A DNA stretch of 64,000 nucleotides from Candidatus Neptunichlamydia sp. (GCA_965233865.1 OZ247587.1:1120001-1184000), one strand, 5' to 3'. Counted from the stretch's first letter, positions 28,599 to 39,324 are shown. A program made the numbers and translations. The notes: generated by a model not told the origin, from the sequence alone.

Positions 28599-30110
28599 CT
28601 AGGCTCCGCTCCTCACAGAGGAAAGATATGTATCACAAGGAACAGAAGGGCAAGCATATAAATCAAAATGCAATGGAGTCAAAGACTGTCTAAATCTCTG
28701 TTGGTTTTCTGAATAGTTTAGCCATGTTTCTTTTGGAGTATGAATAAAGGGGATAAATTCTTCTAATGAATCAATCAATTCTTCCTCACTCATCTCCTCA
28801 TATATATATGCTTTGGAATTGGGATGAACTGTTTCCACTCCAAACTCAAAAAAGAGAGGACTTCTTAACACCTCTTTCCAATTTAAATAAGATCCCTTGG
28901 GTCCTTTTATGTGTTTATAGAAAAAGCGATACTTAACATTATGTAACATTAACACGTTCTCATTATAGTTGACACCTAGGAGAGGAATATCAAATAAGCT
29001 ACAAAAAATTTCCGGTCCCGACTTGGCAGCAACCACAAACAAGGCATCAGAATAAAGAGCTAAATCGTTTTCAGGTGTGCAGTATTTACTATGAGCATAG
29101 TCGAAAAAATACTTTCTAGGTTTGAAATACGGTTGTTCCTTTCGGCCTTGAAGTACCACATCAAATCCTTTTTCTATCAGCACATCAATTAATCCATTAA
29201 ATCTATGGGGATATTGGATTCTTCTACGATCCGTAAGAATATTTCCTGAAGTCGTTTTGATAGAGCTTAAGTTAAGAACAACATAGGGTCTAGTTATATT
29301 AATCTCTCTGATTAAACTTTTTCGTGTTTTTTCAACGATTGAGTTAGGCTTTAAAGCAGACCTTGAAACAACCATATCGGTATAATCATCCCAATATTTT
29401 TTGCGTACAAAATAGTTCTCTCGAAAAGTTAAATACGCCGCTATAAACCTTTTTGGTTTTTTTCCTTCAAATTTGACGATTGGGTCAAAATGTCTTACAT
29501 ATTCCCCAATGACAAAAAAGCTCTCTTCTAAGAATGAAAATTGATTGTCCCAGATGAAAATAGCTTTGTTGTTTTCAATAAGCACTTGAGAATATACGTT
29601 CTGAAATGTTGCACTGAAAATCTCTTGGTTTTTGTAGAGAGTCTTAAAATTTCGTAAAAGAAAGCAATCAATAATCACAGCTTCTGGACAAACTAATTTT
29701 ACTAGCGAACAGACAAATGCTTGTTCTTGTGCGAGAATAATGATCCCAACCTTTCCCCTTTCTTTTTCCCAAAGAGCTGCGTAATGTATCATACAGATCA
29801 AGGGCCCAAAATCATGCCGACTAATCAAAAATAATTGTGTGTCAGGAGAGAGGTTATCAATTTTTTTTTTGACGGACCTATAAATTAGCTTTTCGAGACA
29901 AAGGCCAAAAGTTGCTTCCGAATGTTTAAAACATCCTATGATGAACCGAACGATACGAGATCTAAAATATCTCCAAGTCCGCTTTATAAACCATAAGCTA
30001 TAGCAAGGCGGTTGCTCGTCAACTCTGTATGCGTTAGCTACTTTTAAACAAAACCTTCTGTATGCCAGAACACGCTCCAACACAGAGTAGAAACCCATAA
30101 CATCCTTCAT
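28599..30110 (-). CDS. Putative glycosyltransferase, TIGR04372-like
   Basis: PYVVLNL..LIDVLIEKGFDVVLQG..DLALYSDALFVVAAKSGP..FDIPLLGVN. Confidence 0.55.
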   Translation of the reverse strand: MKDVMGFYSVLERVLAYRRFCLKVANAYRVDEQPPCYSLWFIKRTWRYFRSRIVRFIIGCFKHSEATFGLCLEKLIYRSVKKKIDNLSPDTQLFLISRHDFGPLICMIHYAALWEKERGKVGIIILAQEQAFVCSLVKLVCPEAVIIDCFLLRNFKTLYKNQEIFSATFQNVYSQVLIENNKAIFIWDNQFSFLEESFFVIGEYVRHFDPIVKFEGKKPKRFIAAYLTFRENYFVRKKYWDDYTDMVVSRSALKPNSIVEKTRKSLIREINITRPYVVLNLSSIKTTSGNILTDRRRIQYPHRFNGLIDVLIEKGFDVVLQGRKEQPYFKPRKYFFDYAHSKYCTPENDLALYSDALFVVAAKSGPEIFCSLFDIPLLGVNYNENVLMLHNVKYRFFYKHIKGPKGSYLNWKEVLRSPLFFEFGVETVHPNSKAYIYEEMSEEELIDSLEEFIPFIHTPKETWLNYSENQQRFRQSLTPLHFDLYACPSVPCDTYLSSVRSGA

Positions 30111-30127
30111 GTTGAGTCGACGACCGC

Positions 30128-30156
30128 AAACTAATCTTTTTTCTATATAAAGTCAA
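30128..30156 (-). promoter_or_regulatory. Putative sigma66 promoter
   Basis: On the minus strand TTGACT-N17-TAGTTT upstream of ATG 30110. Confidence 0.45.
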
Positions 30157-30246
30157 TTCCTCAGAAAAAAGAACGAATAACTTTTTCTTTTCTAAAAACT
30201 AGAACTTCTCTAGACTCCAGATTTCATTGAATGAACAGGGAACACG

Positions 30247-30933
30247 ATGACGATATCTGATGGTGAAGAAAGAACTGCATGGGATGAAACGACAAAACTA
30301 TTTTCGGAACATGCTTATAAGTTCGGTCCTCATTGGTCTTTTAATTTTAGGAATGATCCCAAGCGTCTCGGTTTTGTTCTTTCTCGATATAAATTTTCAA
30401 CAAAAATGCTTGGAAAACGTCATCATATTTTAGAACTGGGATGCAGCGATGGAATCGGAACGACAATCTTAGCAGAGAACACCGACAAATATACTGGGAT
30501 CGATCTCGATCAGCCTGCATTAGAAGCAGCAAAAGTAAATATGACAGATGAGAAGTTCCATTTTCTCCATGATGATTTCATGGAGAAAACATACGGTTCT
30601 TTTGATGGAGTTGTTTCCCTTGACGTTGTGGAACACATCCTCCCAGAGTTTGAGAATACATATTTTGAGACTGTGCACAAAAACATGAGTGAAAATGGAA
30701 TTTGCGTCATTGGCACGCCTAACATTGCAGCAGCCCCCTATGCTTCTAAAGCCAGCCAGCTAGGGCATGTCAACATGTACACCCAAGAACGCCTTCTTGA
30801 GGTAATGAAAACCTATTTTCATCAAGTCTTCCCTTTTGGAATGAATGATGAAACCATGCACACTGGGTTTTGTTCGATGGCGCACTATCTTCTGTGTGTC
30901 GGGGTTCATAAAAAAGAGGTTTATCATGATTGA
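30247..30933 (+). CDS. Class I SAM-dependent methyltransferase
   Basis: ILELGCSDGIG, SLDVVEHI and IGTPN. Confidence 0.85.
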   Translation: MTISDGEERTAWDETTKLFSEHAYKFGPHWSFNFRNDPKRLGFVLSRYKFSTKMLGKRHHILELGCSDGIGTTILAENTDKYTGIDLDQPALEAAKVNMTDEKFHFLHDDFMEKTYGSFDGVVSLDVVEHILPEFENTYFETVHKNMSENGICVIGTPNIAAAPYASKASQLGHVNMYTQERLLEVMKTYFHQVFPFGMNDETMHTGFCSMAHYLLCVGVHKKEVYHD

Positions 30934-31747
30934 TATTGAACATTTTTCTGAGAAGGGATGGGTTGTTATCGATCTTATCGATCAAGAACCTGTGATGAAG
31001 GCGCGTGAAGCCCTTCAAGCATACTTAAATGAACTGTTAGGAAAAAATACTCCTCTAGAAGAATATCATACTGAAGTTGAAGATGATGATCAACACACTG
31101 ATCTCCAAGTTAAGATAACTGAATTCTTCCGAAATCAAAAATTCGGCAAGGCAATCATCAAAAAACAACTTTCGTTATTTAACCCCTTTATGGGTCTTGA
31201 CCTTTGTGTCCAGAAAAGCCCCTACTTAAGGATGGCTCGCCCTGGAAAATCTCAAGATAACATCGGTTACCACAGAGATACCTTTTATGGAGGCTCACCT
31301 TTTGAACTCTCTGTGCTCGTCCCTTACGTAGATGTTCCGGCACCTTCAGCTCTTCAAGTCATGACAGGATCTCATACCCTTCCTGAAAATTATTTTCCTA
31401 CTACGCAAGTTGAGAATCCTGATGAATCTGTTCGCAAAGGATCATCAAAACACCAGTTGGGTTTCCTCTATGCTCCAAAAGTGATGGATCCTTCAATTGC
31501 AAATGAGATGTTTGCTGTCCCGCTGAAGTTAGGCCAAGCCATTGCTTTTAGCCTCTCAACCGTTCATGGATGTGTGGTCAATAGCGGAATCACAACCCGC
31601 TGGAGCTCAGACATTCGAGTCATGAGTGCCTTTGCACCCGTCGACCTCAGTGCCCGCCCCGACTATTACGAGCCGCTCAGCAGCTCTGCTTTAACAGCGC
31701 AAGCGCAAAATTATTTCACCGCAACTGCAAACGAGGCAAGTGAATAA
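30926..31747 (+). CDS. Fe(II)/2-oxoglutarate dioxygenase, PhyH-like
   Basis: YHRDT (HxD), GSH, distal TVHG and TRWS; ATG 30926 with GAGG SD. Confidence 0.8.
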   Translation: MIDIEHFSEKGWVVIDLIDQEPVMKAREALQAYLNELLGKNTPLEEYHTEVEDDDQHTDLQVKITEFFRNQKFGKAIIKKQLSLFNPFMGLDLCVQKSPYLRMARPGKSQDNIGYHRDTFYGGSPFELSVLVPYVDVPAPSALQVMTGSHTLPENYFPTTQVENPDESVRKGSSKHQLGFLYAPKVMDPSIANEMFAVPLKLGQAIAFSLSTVHGCVVNSGITTRWSSDIRVMSAFAPVDLSARPDYYEPLSSSALTAQAQNYFTATANEASE

Positions 31748-32418
31748 TGAAAGAGTCTAAATCAAATTGGTCCTGTGTCGCAGAAGAACTTATGCAGGAA
31801 GTTTCTGAAGTTAATTTGGGGCGGTATGCTTCGTTCTGGTTCCATAAAACCCCGAGACGCGTTTTGCATTGCATGTCGTACTATAAATTTGCTTCCAAGC
31901 TCATTGGAAAAGGCAAGCAAGTTCTTGACGTCGGTTGCAACGAGGGTCTTGGGACTTTTCTAGTTGGTAAGGAATGCGGATTTGCAAAAGGAATTGACTT
32001 TGATGAAGATGCAATTGCCCAAGCGCAAAAAAACTTTAAAGAACCTTTTGTAGAGTTTGAAGCCGGCAATTTTTTGAAAAGCGAAGGCAGCGGCAATTGG
32101 GATGCAGTGATTAATTTTGATGTGATTGAGCATATTCTTCCAGAGCATGCATATGATTTTTTAGGAGGGATTGCCAAAGAGCTAACTCCTGAAGGACTCT
32201 GCGTTATTGGAACACCAAGTAAAATCTCTCAAGATTTTGCTTCCGAAGTGTCTAAAAAAGGCCACATCAACATCTATTCCCATGAAAGGCTAGAAACTGA
32301 GATGCGCGAGCATTTCGAGTTTGTATTCATGTTTGCTGCCCATGATGAAGTTGTCCATACTGGATATCTTCCTCTTGCTCATTATTTTATCACAGTTGGG
32401 TGCAAGAAGAAATCATGA
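31747..32418 (+). CDS. Class I SAM-dependent methyltransferase, paralog of 30247..30933
   Basis: VLDVGCNEGLG, FDVIEHI and IGTPS..GHINIY. Confidence 0.85.
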   Translation: MKESKSNWSCVAEELMQEVSEVNLGRYASFWFHKTPRRVLHCMSYYKFASKLIGKGKQVLDVGCNEGLGTFLVGKECGFAKGIDFDEDAIAQAQKNFKEPFVEFEAGNFLKSEGSGNWDAVINFDVIEHILPEHAYDFLGGIAKELTPEGLCVIGTPSKISQDFASEVSKKGHINIYSHERLETEMREHFEFVFMFAAHDEVVHTGYLPLAHYFITVGCKKKS

Positions 32419-33452
32419 AGTCTCATGCTGCCGTTTTAATAGAGTGTGGCGCTCCTCTTGAGTTAATGGAACTTGAAATTCCGAAGCTTCAAGAAGGCCA
32501 AGTTCTTGTCCAAATGAAATACAGTGGAATTTGCCGTACACAGCTCAATGAAATCAAAGGCTTCAAGGGTCCCGACAGATTTTTACCTCACACACTCGGA
32601 CATGAAGGATCAGGAGTCGTCGTCGATACTGGACCTGGTGTTGCGAAAGTAAAAATAGATGACTCAGTGATTCTGACCTGGATTAAGGGAGATGGAATTG
32701 ATGCTAAAGGAACCATCTACCAATGTGGCGACTTGAAAATAAATTCCGGGCCTATCAGTACTTTCTTAGAGTATGCAGTCATTGCCGAAAATCGCCTCAT
32801 TCCCATCCCTTCAGACGTTCCCCTGAGAGAAGCTTCTTTATTTGGGTGTGCAATCCCCACAGGAGCAGGGATCATTTACAATGAGCTCACCCTTACTCCA
32901 GACTCAACAATTGCCCTCTTTGGACTCGGTGGAATTGGTCTCAGCGCTCTTATTGCAGCGACTGCCAAAAAAGCTAAAAAGATTATCGCGATCGACTTAG
33001 AGCCTTCAAAGCTCATTCTGGCAAAAGAACTTGGAGCAACTCATACTCTGCTTTATAGTCCGGATGCCCTTCTTTCGTCACTTGACTCAATCACCGATGG
33101 GAAAGGGGTCGATTTTGCTGTTGAGGCTGTGGGCAAAAAAGAAGTCATGGAACTCGCTTTTAAAGCAGTAAAAGCCCAAACTGGTCTTTGTGTTCTTGCA
33201 GGAAATGTTCCCAAAGACACCAAGATCGAATGTGATCCCTTTGATTTTATTAAGGGCAAAAAACTTATTGGAACTTGGGGAGGAAACGTTAAACCTGATC
33301 AAGATATCCCTTTTTTCTTGCGGTCGTTTTACCCTGGAAATAAACAGCTTAACCGTTTAATTTCTCACGAGTCTCCCTTGAGTGAAATCAATGCCCTTGT
33401 GGCCTTATTAGATAGCGGCCTGGCTGCACGAACCCTCGTCACTTTCAACTGA
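32415..33452 (+). CDS. Zinc-binding MDR alcohol/sugar dehydrogenase
   Basis: GICRTQ, LGHEGSG, GCAIPTG and GLGGIG; no four-Cys structural Zn loop. Confidence 0.85.
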   Translation: MKSHAAVLIECGAPLELMELEIPKLQEGQVLVQMKYSGICRTQLNEIKGFKGPDRFLPHTLGHEGSGVVVDTGPGVAKVKIDDSVILTWIKGDGIDAKGTIYQCGDLKINSGPISTFLEYAVIAENRLIPIPSDVPLREASLFGCAIPTGAGIIYNELTLTPDSTIALFGLGGIGLSALIAATAKKAKKIIAIDLEPSKLILAKELGATHTLLYSPDALLSSLDSITDGKGVDFAVEAVGKKEVMELAFKAVKAQTGLCVLAGNVPKDTKIECDPFDFIKGKKLIGTWGGNVKPDQDIPFFLRSFYPGNKQLNRLISHESPLSEINALVALLDSGLAARTLVTFN

Positions 33453-34369
33453 TGGCGCTCTCTGTGATTCTTCCCAACTTCAATCATAGCCGCTATCTGC
33501 CCGCAGCGCTTGAAGCTATTTTTTTGCAGTCATCCCTCCCAGAGGAAGTCCTCATTATTGACGATGCATCGACAGATAAGAGTGTTTCTCTGATCAAAAA
33601 ATGGCAACAAAAACACCCTCAAATCAAACTCCTTCAAAATGAAACAAACCAGGGCCCAGTCCCCACCATTAACCGAGGCATTCAAGAGGCGCAGTCTGAA
33701 CTACTGGCTTTTTCTTCTGCCGATGACTTTGTCCTTCCTGGCTTCTTCGAAAAAGCCACATCTTTTCTCAAAACGCACCCTGAAATAGGAATGTGCACGG
33801 GGAAAACCTGCCATTTTGAAGATCATACTCCTCATTTTCTTGTTCCTGACCGAATGCCGCTTGGAAACTCTCCTCAGATTTTTACAAAAGAAACTCTTCC
33901 TGAAATTTTTAAAAAAACCACATTTTTTATTCACTCAAACTGCGCAATCTATCGAAAGAAACACATTGTTGCATTTGGAGGATTGAACCCTAAACTCAAA
34001 AGTTTTGGTGATTGGTACCTCAACTGCCTTGTAGCATCGCACCATGGCATCGGTTACATCCCTTCTCTCTTTGGAGCCTTCCGTCTTTCAGAGAAATCCT
34101 ATGCAAATATTCTAAAATCATCTGAGCATCAGGAGGAAATGTTTCATGCTCTTATGAGAGATATTAAGGAAAGAGACTTGGATCATTTTTTCAAATCAAC
34201 AGGCCTCCTTTCCCATGGAGGAATTCGTCTCGTTCTTTTCCTTGCAAAGCACAAAGGGTACCGCTCTTTTTTCCCTCGGGCCTTTTTCAAAAAGTGCCAC
34301 TTTCATTTGAATAAACTGCTTAAAGAGGGGAGTCCTCTAACAGCTGAAGATCTTGATAGTATTTCATAA
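33452..34369 (+). CDS. GT2 glycosyltransferase
   Basis: [16 protein letters not shown] and SADD. Confidence 0.88.
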   Translation: MALSVILPNFNHSRYLPAALEAIFLQSSLPEEVLIIDDASTDKSVSLIKKWQQKHPQIKLLQNETNQGPVPTINRGIQEAQSELLAFSSADDFVLPGFFEKATSFLKTHPEIGMCTGKTCHFEDHTPHFLVPDRMPLGNSPQIFTKETLPEIFKKTTFFIHSNCAIYRKKHIVAFGGLNPKLKSFGDWYLNCLVASHHGIGYIPSLFGAFRLSEKSYANILKSSEHQEEMFHALMRDIKERDLDHFFKSTGLLSHGGIRLVLFLAKHKGYRSFFPRAFFKKCHFHLNKLLKEGSPLTAEDLDSIS

Positions 34370-36302
34370 GATCTCGGAAGCGCGATGCATCTTCAAAACG
34401 AAGCTCTTTTGCGGCAATCTTCATTTCCTTTTCGCATTCTTTCATTCTTTCAAGAATTTCTTTTGGAGATACAGAAATCTCAGCTTCCTTCTCTTTTCCT
34501 TCCGCTGCTTTATATTCATGAAATACTTCTGCTAAATCTTTGCTTATCGTTTTTGGAGTAATTCCATGTTTGCGATTATACTCAGCTTGAATCTTCCGAC
34601 GATCTGTAGTCACCTGAATCGTCTTCTTGATCGATTTGGTTTCCTTATCCGCATACATAATAACCCTTCCCTCACTATTGCGGGCTGCGCGCCCACAAGT
34701 CTGAGTGAGCGCCGTTTCACTCCGCAAAAACCCTTCTTTATCAGCATCTAATATCGCAACCAGTGTCACTTCGGGAATGTCTAATCCTTCCCTAAGCAAG
34801 TTAATCCCCACAAGTACATCAAATACTCCCTTTCTCAGATCTTTAATAATTTCTACTCGTTCTAAAGTGTCGATATCAGAATGCAGATATTTTGCCCTCA
34901 CTCCAATTTCTTGCAGATATTTAGAAAGATCTTCCGAAAGTTTTTTTGTAAGTGTCGTGACAAGAACCCTCCCCCCTTTGCTTATTTCAACACGGATCTC
35001 ATCGAGACAATCATCAACCTGGTTTGTTGCAGGTCTTACTTCAATCACAGGGTCAAGAAGGCCTGTCGGACGAATGACTTGCTGAACCACGTCCCCTTTG
35101 GCTTCATTTATCTCCCAAGGTCCCGGAGTTGCCGATACATACACAACTTGATTAATGTGATTATAAAATTCTTCAAATTTTAATGGACGGTTGTCATAAG
35201 CCGAAGGCAGTCGAAACCCAAAATCCACTAGAGATTGCTTTCTTGCTCTATCCCCATTATGCATTGCATGGATTTGTGGGAGGGTTTGGTGAGATTCATC
35301 GACAAACACCAAGTAATCACTAGGAAAATAATCCAAAAGACATGCAGGAGGCTCTCCAGTATTTCTTGCTCCAAAGTGGCGAGAATAGTTCTCAACTCCT
35401 TTGCAGTACCCAATTTCTTTAATCATTTCGAGGTCATACCTTGTCCTCTGCTCAATACGCTGCTGTTCAACAAGTAGGTTTTCTAGGCGAAAGTAATCAC
35501 TTCTTTCCTTCAGTTCTTTCTTAATTGTCACCATTGCGCTTAGCCGTGCCTTTTCAGGAGTCACATGGTGAGAACTTGGATAGATTGAAAGTTTTTTTAC
35601 CCGCGTTTTGACTTTCCCAGTGAGTGGATCAATCTCGCTGATTCTCTCAATCTCGTCTCCGAAAAACTCAATGCGATATCCCAAATCATCCTCATAGGCA
35701 GGGACAATTTCCAGAATATCCCCTCTCACTCGAAAATGAGAGCGCGAAAGCTCAAAATCATTGCGCGTATATTGCAACTCAATGAGGTGTAATAGGGCAT
35801 CATCACGCCGATAACTCTCCCCTACATTTAGCTCTAACTTCATTTCACGAAAATACTCAGGCATTCCCAGTCCATAGATACATGATACCGAAGAGACGAT
35901 GATGACATCTTCTCTTTCGAGCAAAGAGCACGTTGCCCTCAACCTCAGTTTTTCTATCCGGTCATTAATCGATAAATCTTTTTCGATATAGGTATCTGTT
36001 CTTGGGACATATGCCTCAGGTTGGTAATAATCATAATAAGAGACAAAGTATTCCACAGCATTGTTTGGAAACAACCCACTAAATTCTTGATAAAGTTGCG
36101 CTGCAAGTGTTTTATTATGTGCCAAGATAAGCGTCGGTTTTTGCACGTTCTCTATAACGTTTGCCATGGTAAACGTTTTCCCAGATCCCGTAATCCCGAG
36201 CAAAACCTGAGATCTCTTGCCTAGATTAACTCCCTCAGTGAGTTTTTCAATCGCTTTTGGTTGATCCCCCTGAGGGTCAAAATCGGAAACTAGCTTAAAC
36301 AT
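34320..36302 (-). CDS. uvrB: Excinuclease ABC subunit B
   Basis: [35 protein letters not shown] and a C-terminal UVR motif. Confidence 0.98.
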   Translation of the reverse strand: MFKLVSDFDPQGDQPKAIEKLTEGVNLGKRSQVLLGITGSGKTFTMANVIENVQKPTLILAHNKTLAAQLYQEFSGLFPNNAVEYFVSYYDYYQPEAYVPRTDTYIEKDLSINDRIEKLRLRATCSLLEREDVIIVSSVSCIYGLGMPEYFREMKLELNVGESYRRDDALLHLIELQYTRNDFELSRSHFRVRGDILEIVPAYEDDLGYRIEFFGDEIERISEIDPLTGKVKTRVKKLSIYPSSHHVTPEKARLSAMVTIKKELKERSDYFRLENLLVEQQRIEQRTRYDLEMIKEIGYCKGVENYSRHFGARNTGEPPACLLDYFPSDYLVFVDESHQTLPQIHAMHNGDRARKQSLVDFGFRLPSAYDNRPLKFEEFYNHINQVVYVSATPGPWEINEAKGDVVQQVIRPTGLLDPVIEVRPATNQVDDCLDEIRVEISKGGRVLVTTLTKKLSEDLSKYLQEIGVRAKYLHSDIDTLERVEIIKDLRKGVFDVLVGINLLREGLDIPEVTLVAILDADKEGFLRSETALTQTCGRAARNSEGRVIMYADKETKSIKKTIQVTTDRRKIQAEYNRKHGITPKTISKDLAEVFHEYKAAEGKEKEAEISVSPKEILERMKECEKEMKIAAKELRFEDASRFRDLMKYYQDLQLLEDSPL

Positions 36303-37515
36303 AAACAAGGAATTTAGAGATTAAAGGCTTAAGGATGCCTAATTGTACACACATAGCTACCACCATAATAAAAAAAGCGAACAGAATAATACACACAAGA
36401 AGAGCGCGCCCATAAAATGTTGAATAAAATCGGGGGGTTTTCAGCTTCCATGCCATCATTGCAGGAAGAAAAATTAAAAGAATAGCAACGAACACACCAG
36501 CATAGTCTATCGCAACAAAGAACCCCCGTTGATAAGTAAAGACAAAAATCAAGGGAGGGACAAAAGTCAAAAGGCATGCGATCACACGGCCTTCCCAACT
36601 CTTCTTAATCTTAAAACCATCGGTTAGAAAGTCAGATAGACTCAATGTTACCCCTAAAAATGATGTGACAATTGCAAAGAAAGAGAATAAATGCGCCCCA
36701 ACCTTGACCCAATGATTCGTAACGATTTGTGTCAGAGGCTGCGTTGCAGAAATGCCCCATTTCCATGCATGGATGAGTCCATCTTCTCCACTCAAAGGGA
36801 CAATTCCTAAAATAAGAACTTGCCATAACAAATAAATCACAAGGGGAAGCAGACTTCCCACAACAAGGATCCACCGCAATTTTTTCTTATCGTGATTCAT
36901 ATAAGTCGTTAAGCTGGGTATGATGATATGGTACCCAAACGAGGTAATTACAACGGGGAAAACCATTGAAGCTGAACTCCAGTCAGCATGAGCAAGTAAC
37001 TTACCATCAATATGTTCTGGCAAAAGCCCTACAAGCAGTAGATACGACACACAAAGCCCAAGCATTAGCAATCGATTGATTATATCGACTCCCAAAGTAC
37101 CTAAGTAAACAAAAAAACCAAAAACCAAAGGAAGACAGAATGGGCCTAGCCAATATGGCAAAATATATCCTGTTACATACTGAATTGCTGCAATAAACAA
37201 AGGACTACTTGCCGAAATATAGGCCGCAGTGAGTGAATAAAGTAGCAATAGATAAACAATCCAGCTGAGTCCTTTGCCCCACCCACCTAGTGTCCTATGA
37301 ACCATAGAAATTAGGTTAGGATCTCCTTCCACAGCAAAGTTTACGTCTAGAAAAAAAAACGCCGTAGTGAGCATAACTCCCCAACAAAGGAGAAATATGG
37401 CAATTGAGGGGAAAAAACCAACAAAAGAACTCATAACAGGAAGAGCAAGCATACCCGCACCAATCGTCGTTCCTGCTACAAGCAAAACTCCGCCTATATA
37501 GTGATTGATTTTCAT
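36295..37515 (-). CDS. tyrP: Aromatic amino acid permease (TyrP/Mtr family)
   Basis: [26 protein letters not shown] and AIVTSFLGV. Confidence 0.88.
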   Translation of the reverse strand: MKINHYIGGVLLVAGTTIGAGMLALPVMSSFVGFFPSIAIFLLCWGVMLTTAFFFLDVNFAVEGDPNLISMVHRTLGGWGKGLSWIVYLLLLYSLTAAYISASSPLFIAAIQYVTGYILPYWLGPFCLPLVFGFFVYLGTLGVDIINRLLMLGLCVSYLLLVGLLPEHIDGKLLAHADWSSASMVFPVVITSFGYHIIIPSLTTYMNHDKKKLRWILVVGSLLPLVIYLLWQVLILGIVPLSGEDGLIHAWKWGISATQPLTQIVTNHWVKVGAHLFSFFAIVTSFLGVTLSLSDFLTDGFKIKKSWEGRVIACLLTFVPPLIFVFTYQRGFFVAIDYAGVFVAILLIFLPAMMAWKLKTPRFYSTFYGRALLVCIILFAFFIMVVAMCVQLGILKPLISKFLVYV

Positions 37516-37599
37516 TTTGCACTCCTATCCCGTTCAAGGGTACATTGATGATCTTTTCAAATCAATCATATACTAGAGAGTGTACTCAAAAGATTGCCC

Positions 37600-37774
37600 A
37601 TTGAAGAATACAGCCAATAGTGATCATTCTACATCCTATTTGAGTTGCTTGAAACATTTGCAAACTCCGGACCCAGGACGGGAGCTTTCTATTACAAAAT
37701 GGGTTGAAGATGAATCCTGTGATTCATGGCTTTTTCTTTCGTGTGATACTAAAAGCAGAGACACCATGCGCCCA
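37600..37774 (+). pseudogene. Probable internal fragment of an F-type conjugative coupling protein (TraD-like)
   Basis: TSYLSCLKHLQ..ELSITKWVEDESCDSWLFLSCDTKSRDTMRP recalls the TraD segment ..Y...L+YL....F(S/T)I+.W......WLF+S.......L+P. Recognised by eye only. Confidence 0.5.
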
Positions 37775-37937
37775 GAGGACACTATTAAACATTTTTCTTT
37801 AAACTTAAACAATTTTTCTTCTGCGCCCACTTTAAATAAATTAGTAGACAGAAAATGCTTGATCGGAGCGGCATAGATTTTTAATAATCTTTTGGATAAG
37901 AATATAAATTCTTCACTTGTAATTAGGAAATATTTTG

Positions 37938-39164
37938 ATGACATCACCAATATATAACACGCTAGCTAATATACCATCCCAAAACACTGAAGGAGGATAC
38001 GTTTCTCCTAGAAAAAGTCCAATCCAACTTAACGCTGAACGATTAGATCTAAAGACAATATTTTCCAAGATTGGTGAAAATGTTTGCTGTGTCTATGCGG
38101 GCGATGTGAAAAGTTCTGGGATTCTTTTAGGTGGAAAGAAAGTGTTGGTTACTTTGCATTCTGTGGCGCCTATATGTGGTCAAGAAAGGAAATATCACGA
38201 ATTCATAAATATACAGTATGGAAATGGTGGATATCTTGCAAAATGGTCAGACAAAAATATACCTAAAAAAGCAGAGTATTACGATTGCTGCGTTTTTGAT
38301 GTGATAGATGATGAATTTCCATCTATTCCTGAAGTTTCTACACTCTCTGAATCTATTGATCCAGGGGAAGAAGTGTACTTTGCTGGGTATCCGCTTACAC
38401 AAGAAGACCCGTCTTTCCATAAAGGTACTGTCTCTTCTTATACAAATAGAGAGGGTCTGTCACAATTTCATATCGATGCTTCAATTCTTCCAGGAAATTC
38501 CGGAGGACCTGTCTTTATTGTAAAAGATAAAGCCCTTTATTTAGCAGGAATGATTTTTGCTGAACTCGCGAGTATCGATAGTGACTTTGTCAGAAAAAGA
38601 GAGGATATTTCTAGCAGGCTTTTACAAGCTACGATCTCTGCAGGTGGTGTTGAGACTAATAAAGTAGTGTTAGGTATAATGAACACGGTTTTTGATAACT
38701 TGTCAACAGGTATTGGAAAGGTCTTAAGCATACAGAATGCACTGGATGTGACTACAGAGAAAGAATTACCAGATGCGGAAATACCATTTCACCTTGGCTT
38801 TTCAGTAGGTGGGTGTTTCAAAAGAGAAAAAACAAAATACGAAGAGTACGATACATACCCCAATGGTCATGAGTCCAAACATTTTATTTTTGGCAGAAAT
38901 TGCAACTTTAAAAGTGAAAAAATATTTGCTCAAAAGACGGTAAGCGGTCCTTCAAAATTTTTTCCTGAATTCTCTAAGAATTATATATCTCATCTTAAAG
39001 CATCCATAGAACGTTGGGTAGATAATGGCGCTAATAAAGATTGTCTATATGTGGGTTATTCCGAAAATATTGGTGCTGATAACGGAGAACTAACAAATTT
39101 AGTTGAAATCTATTTTACCTGTACTGGTGGAGCGCATATTCGTCCTAAATACATTCAGTCTTAA
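37938..39164 (+). CDS. Trypsin-like serine protease fused to a C-terminal putative Ntox50-like RNase toxin domain
   Basis: Numbered from 37935: triad H75 (TLH), D117 and S189 (GNSGGP). The C-terminal ~115 aa has ESKH..IG..GGAHIRP. AGGA SD. Confidence 0.75.
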   Translation: MTSPIYNTLANIPSQNTEGGYVSPRKSPIQLNAERLDLKTIFSKIGENVCCVYAGDVKSSGILLGGKKVLVTLHSVAPICGQERKYHEFINIQYGNGGYLAKWSDKNIPKKAEYYDCCVFDVIDDEFPSIPEVSTLSESIDPGEEVYFAGYPLTQEDPSFHKGTVSSYTNREGLSQFHIDASILPGNSGGPVFIVKDKALYLAGMIFAELASIDSDFVRKREDISSRLLQATISAGGVETNKVVLGIMNTVFDNLSTGIGKVLSIQNALDVTTEKELPDAEIPFHLGFSVGGCFKREKTKYEEYDTYPNGHESKHFIFGRNCNFKSEKIFAQKTVSGPSKFFPEFSKNYISHLKASIERWVDNGANKDCLYVGYSENIGADNGELTNLVEIYFTCTGGAHIRPKYIQS

Positions 39165-39324
39165 AATTCTTTTGATTATAGGGATTGAGCAGGGTCACAT
39201 CGACAACCTGATCCTCCTCTCCTACGATGGAGTTAATCAAGGAGATGAGAAGGTCTTTGTTGTCTTCGGTGCCAAAGATTTTCTTGAAGGCGATATCGAC
39301 TCGTGGATTGATTTTGTGTGACAT
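39145..39324 (-). pseudogene. 5' fragment of an Rpn-family (PD-(D/E)XK) recombination-promoting nuclease/putative transposase
   Basis: Hand translation: MSHKINPRVDIAFKKIFGTEDNKDLLISLINSIVGEEDQVVDVTLLNPYNQKNFKTECI*. AAGGAG SD. It stops just before the catalytic D..(D/E)xK region. Confidence 0.8.

Noticed and set aside
37636..37950. 104-aa minus-strand ORF as an immunity protein for the toxin
   Set aside because: Antisense to the TraD-like relic and overlapping the protease start; no supporting features.
39103..39321. 72-aa plus-strand ORF in the ORF track
   Set aside because: It is the antisense of the Rpn fragment, which has the recognisable motif and SD.
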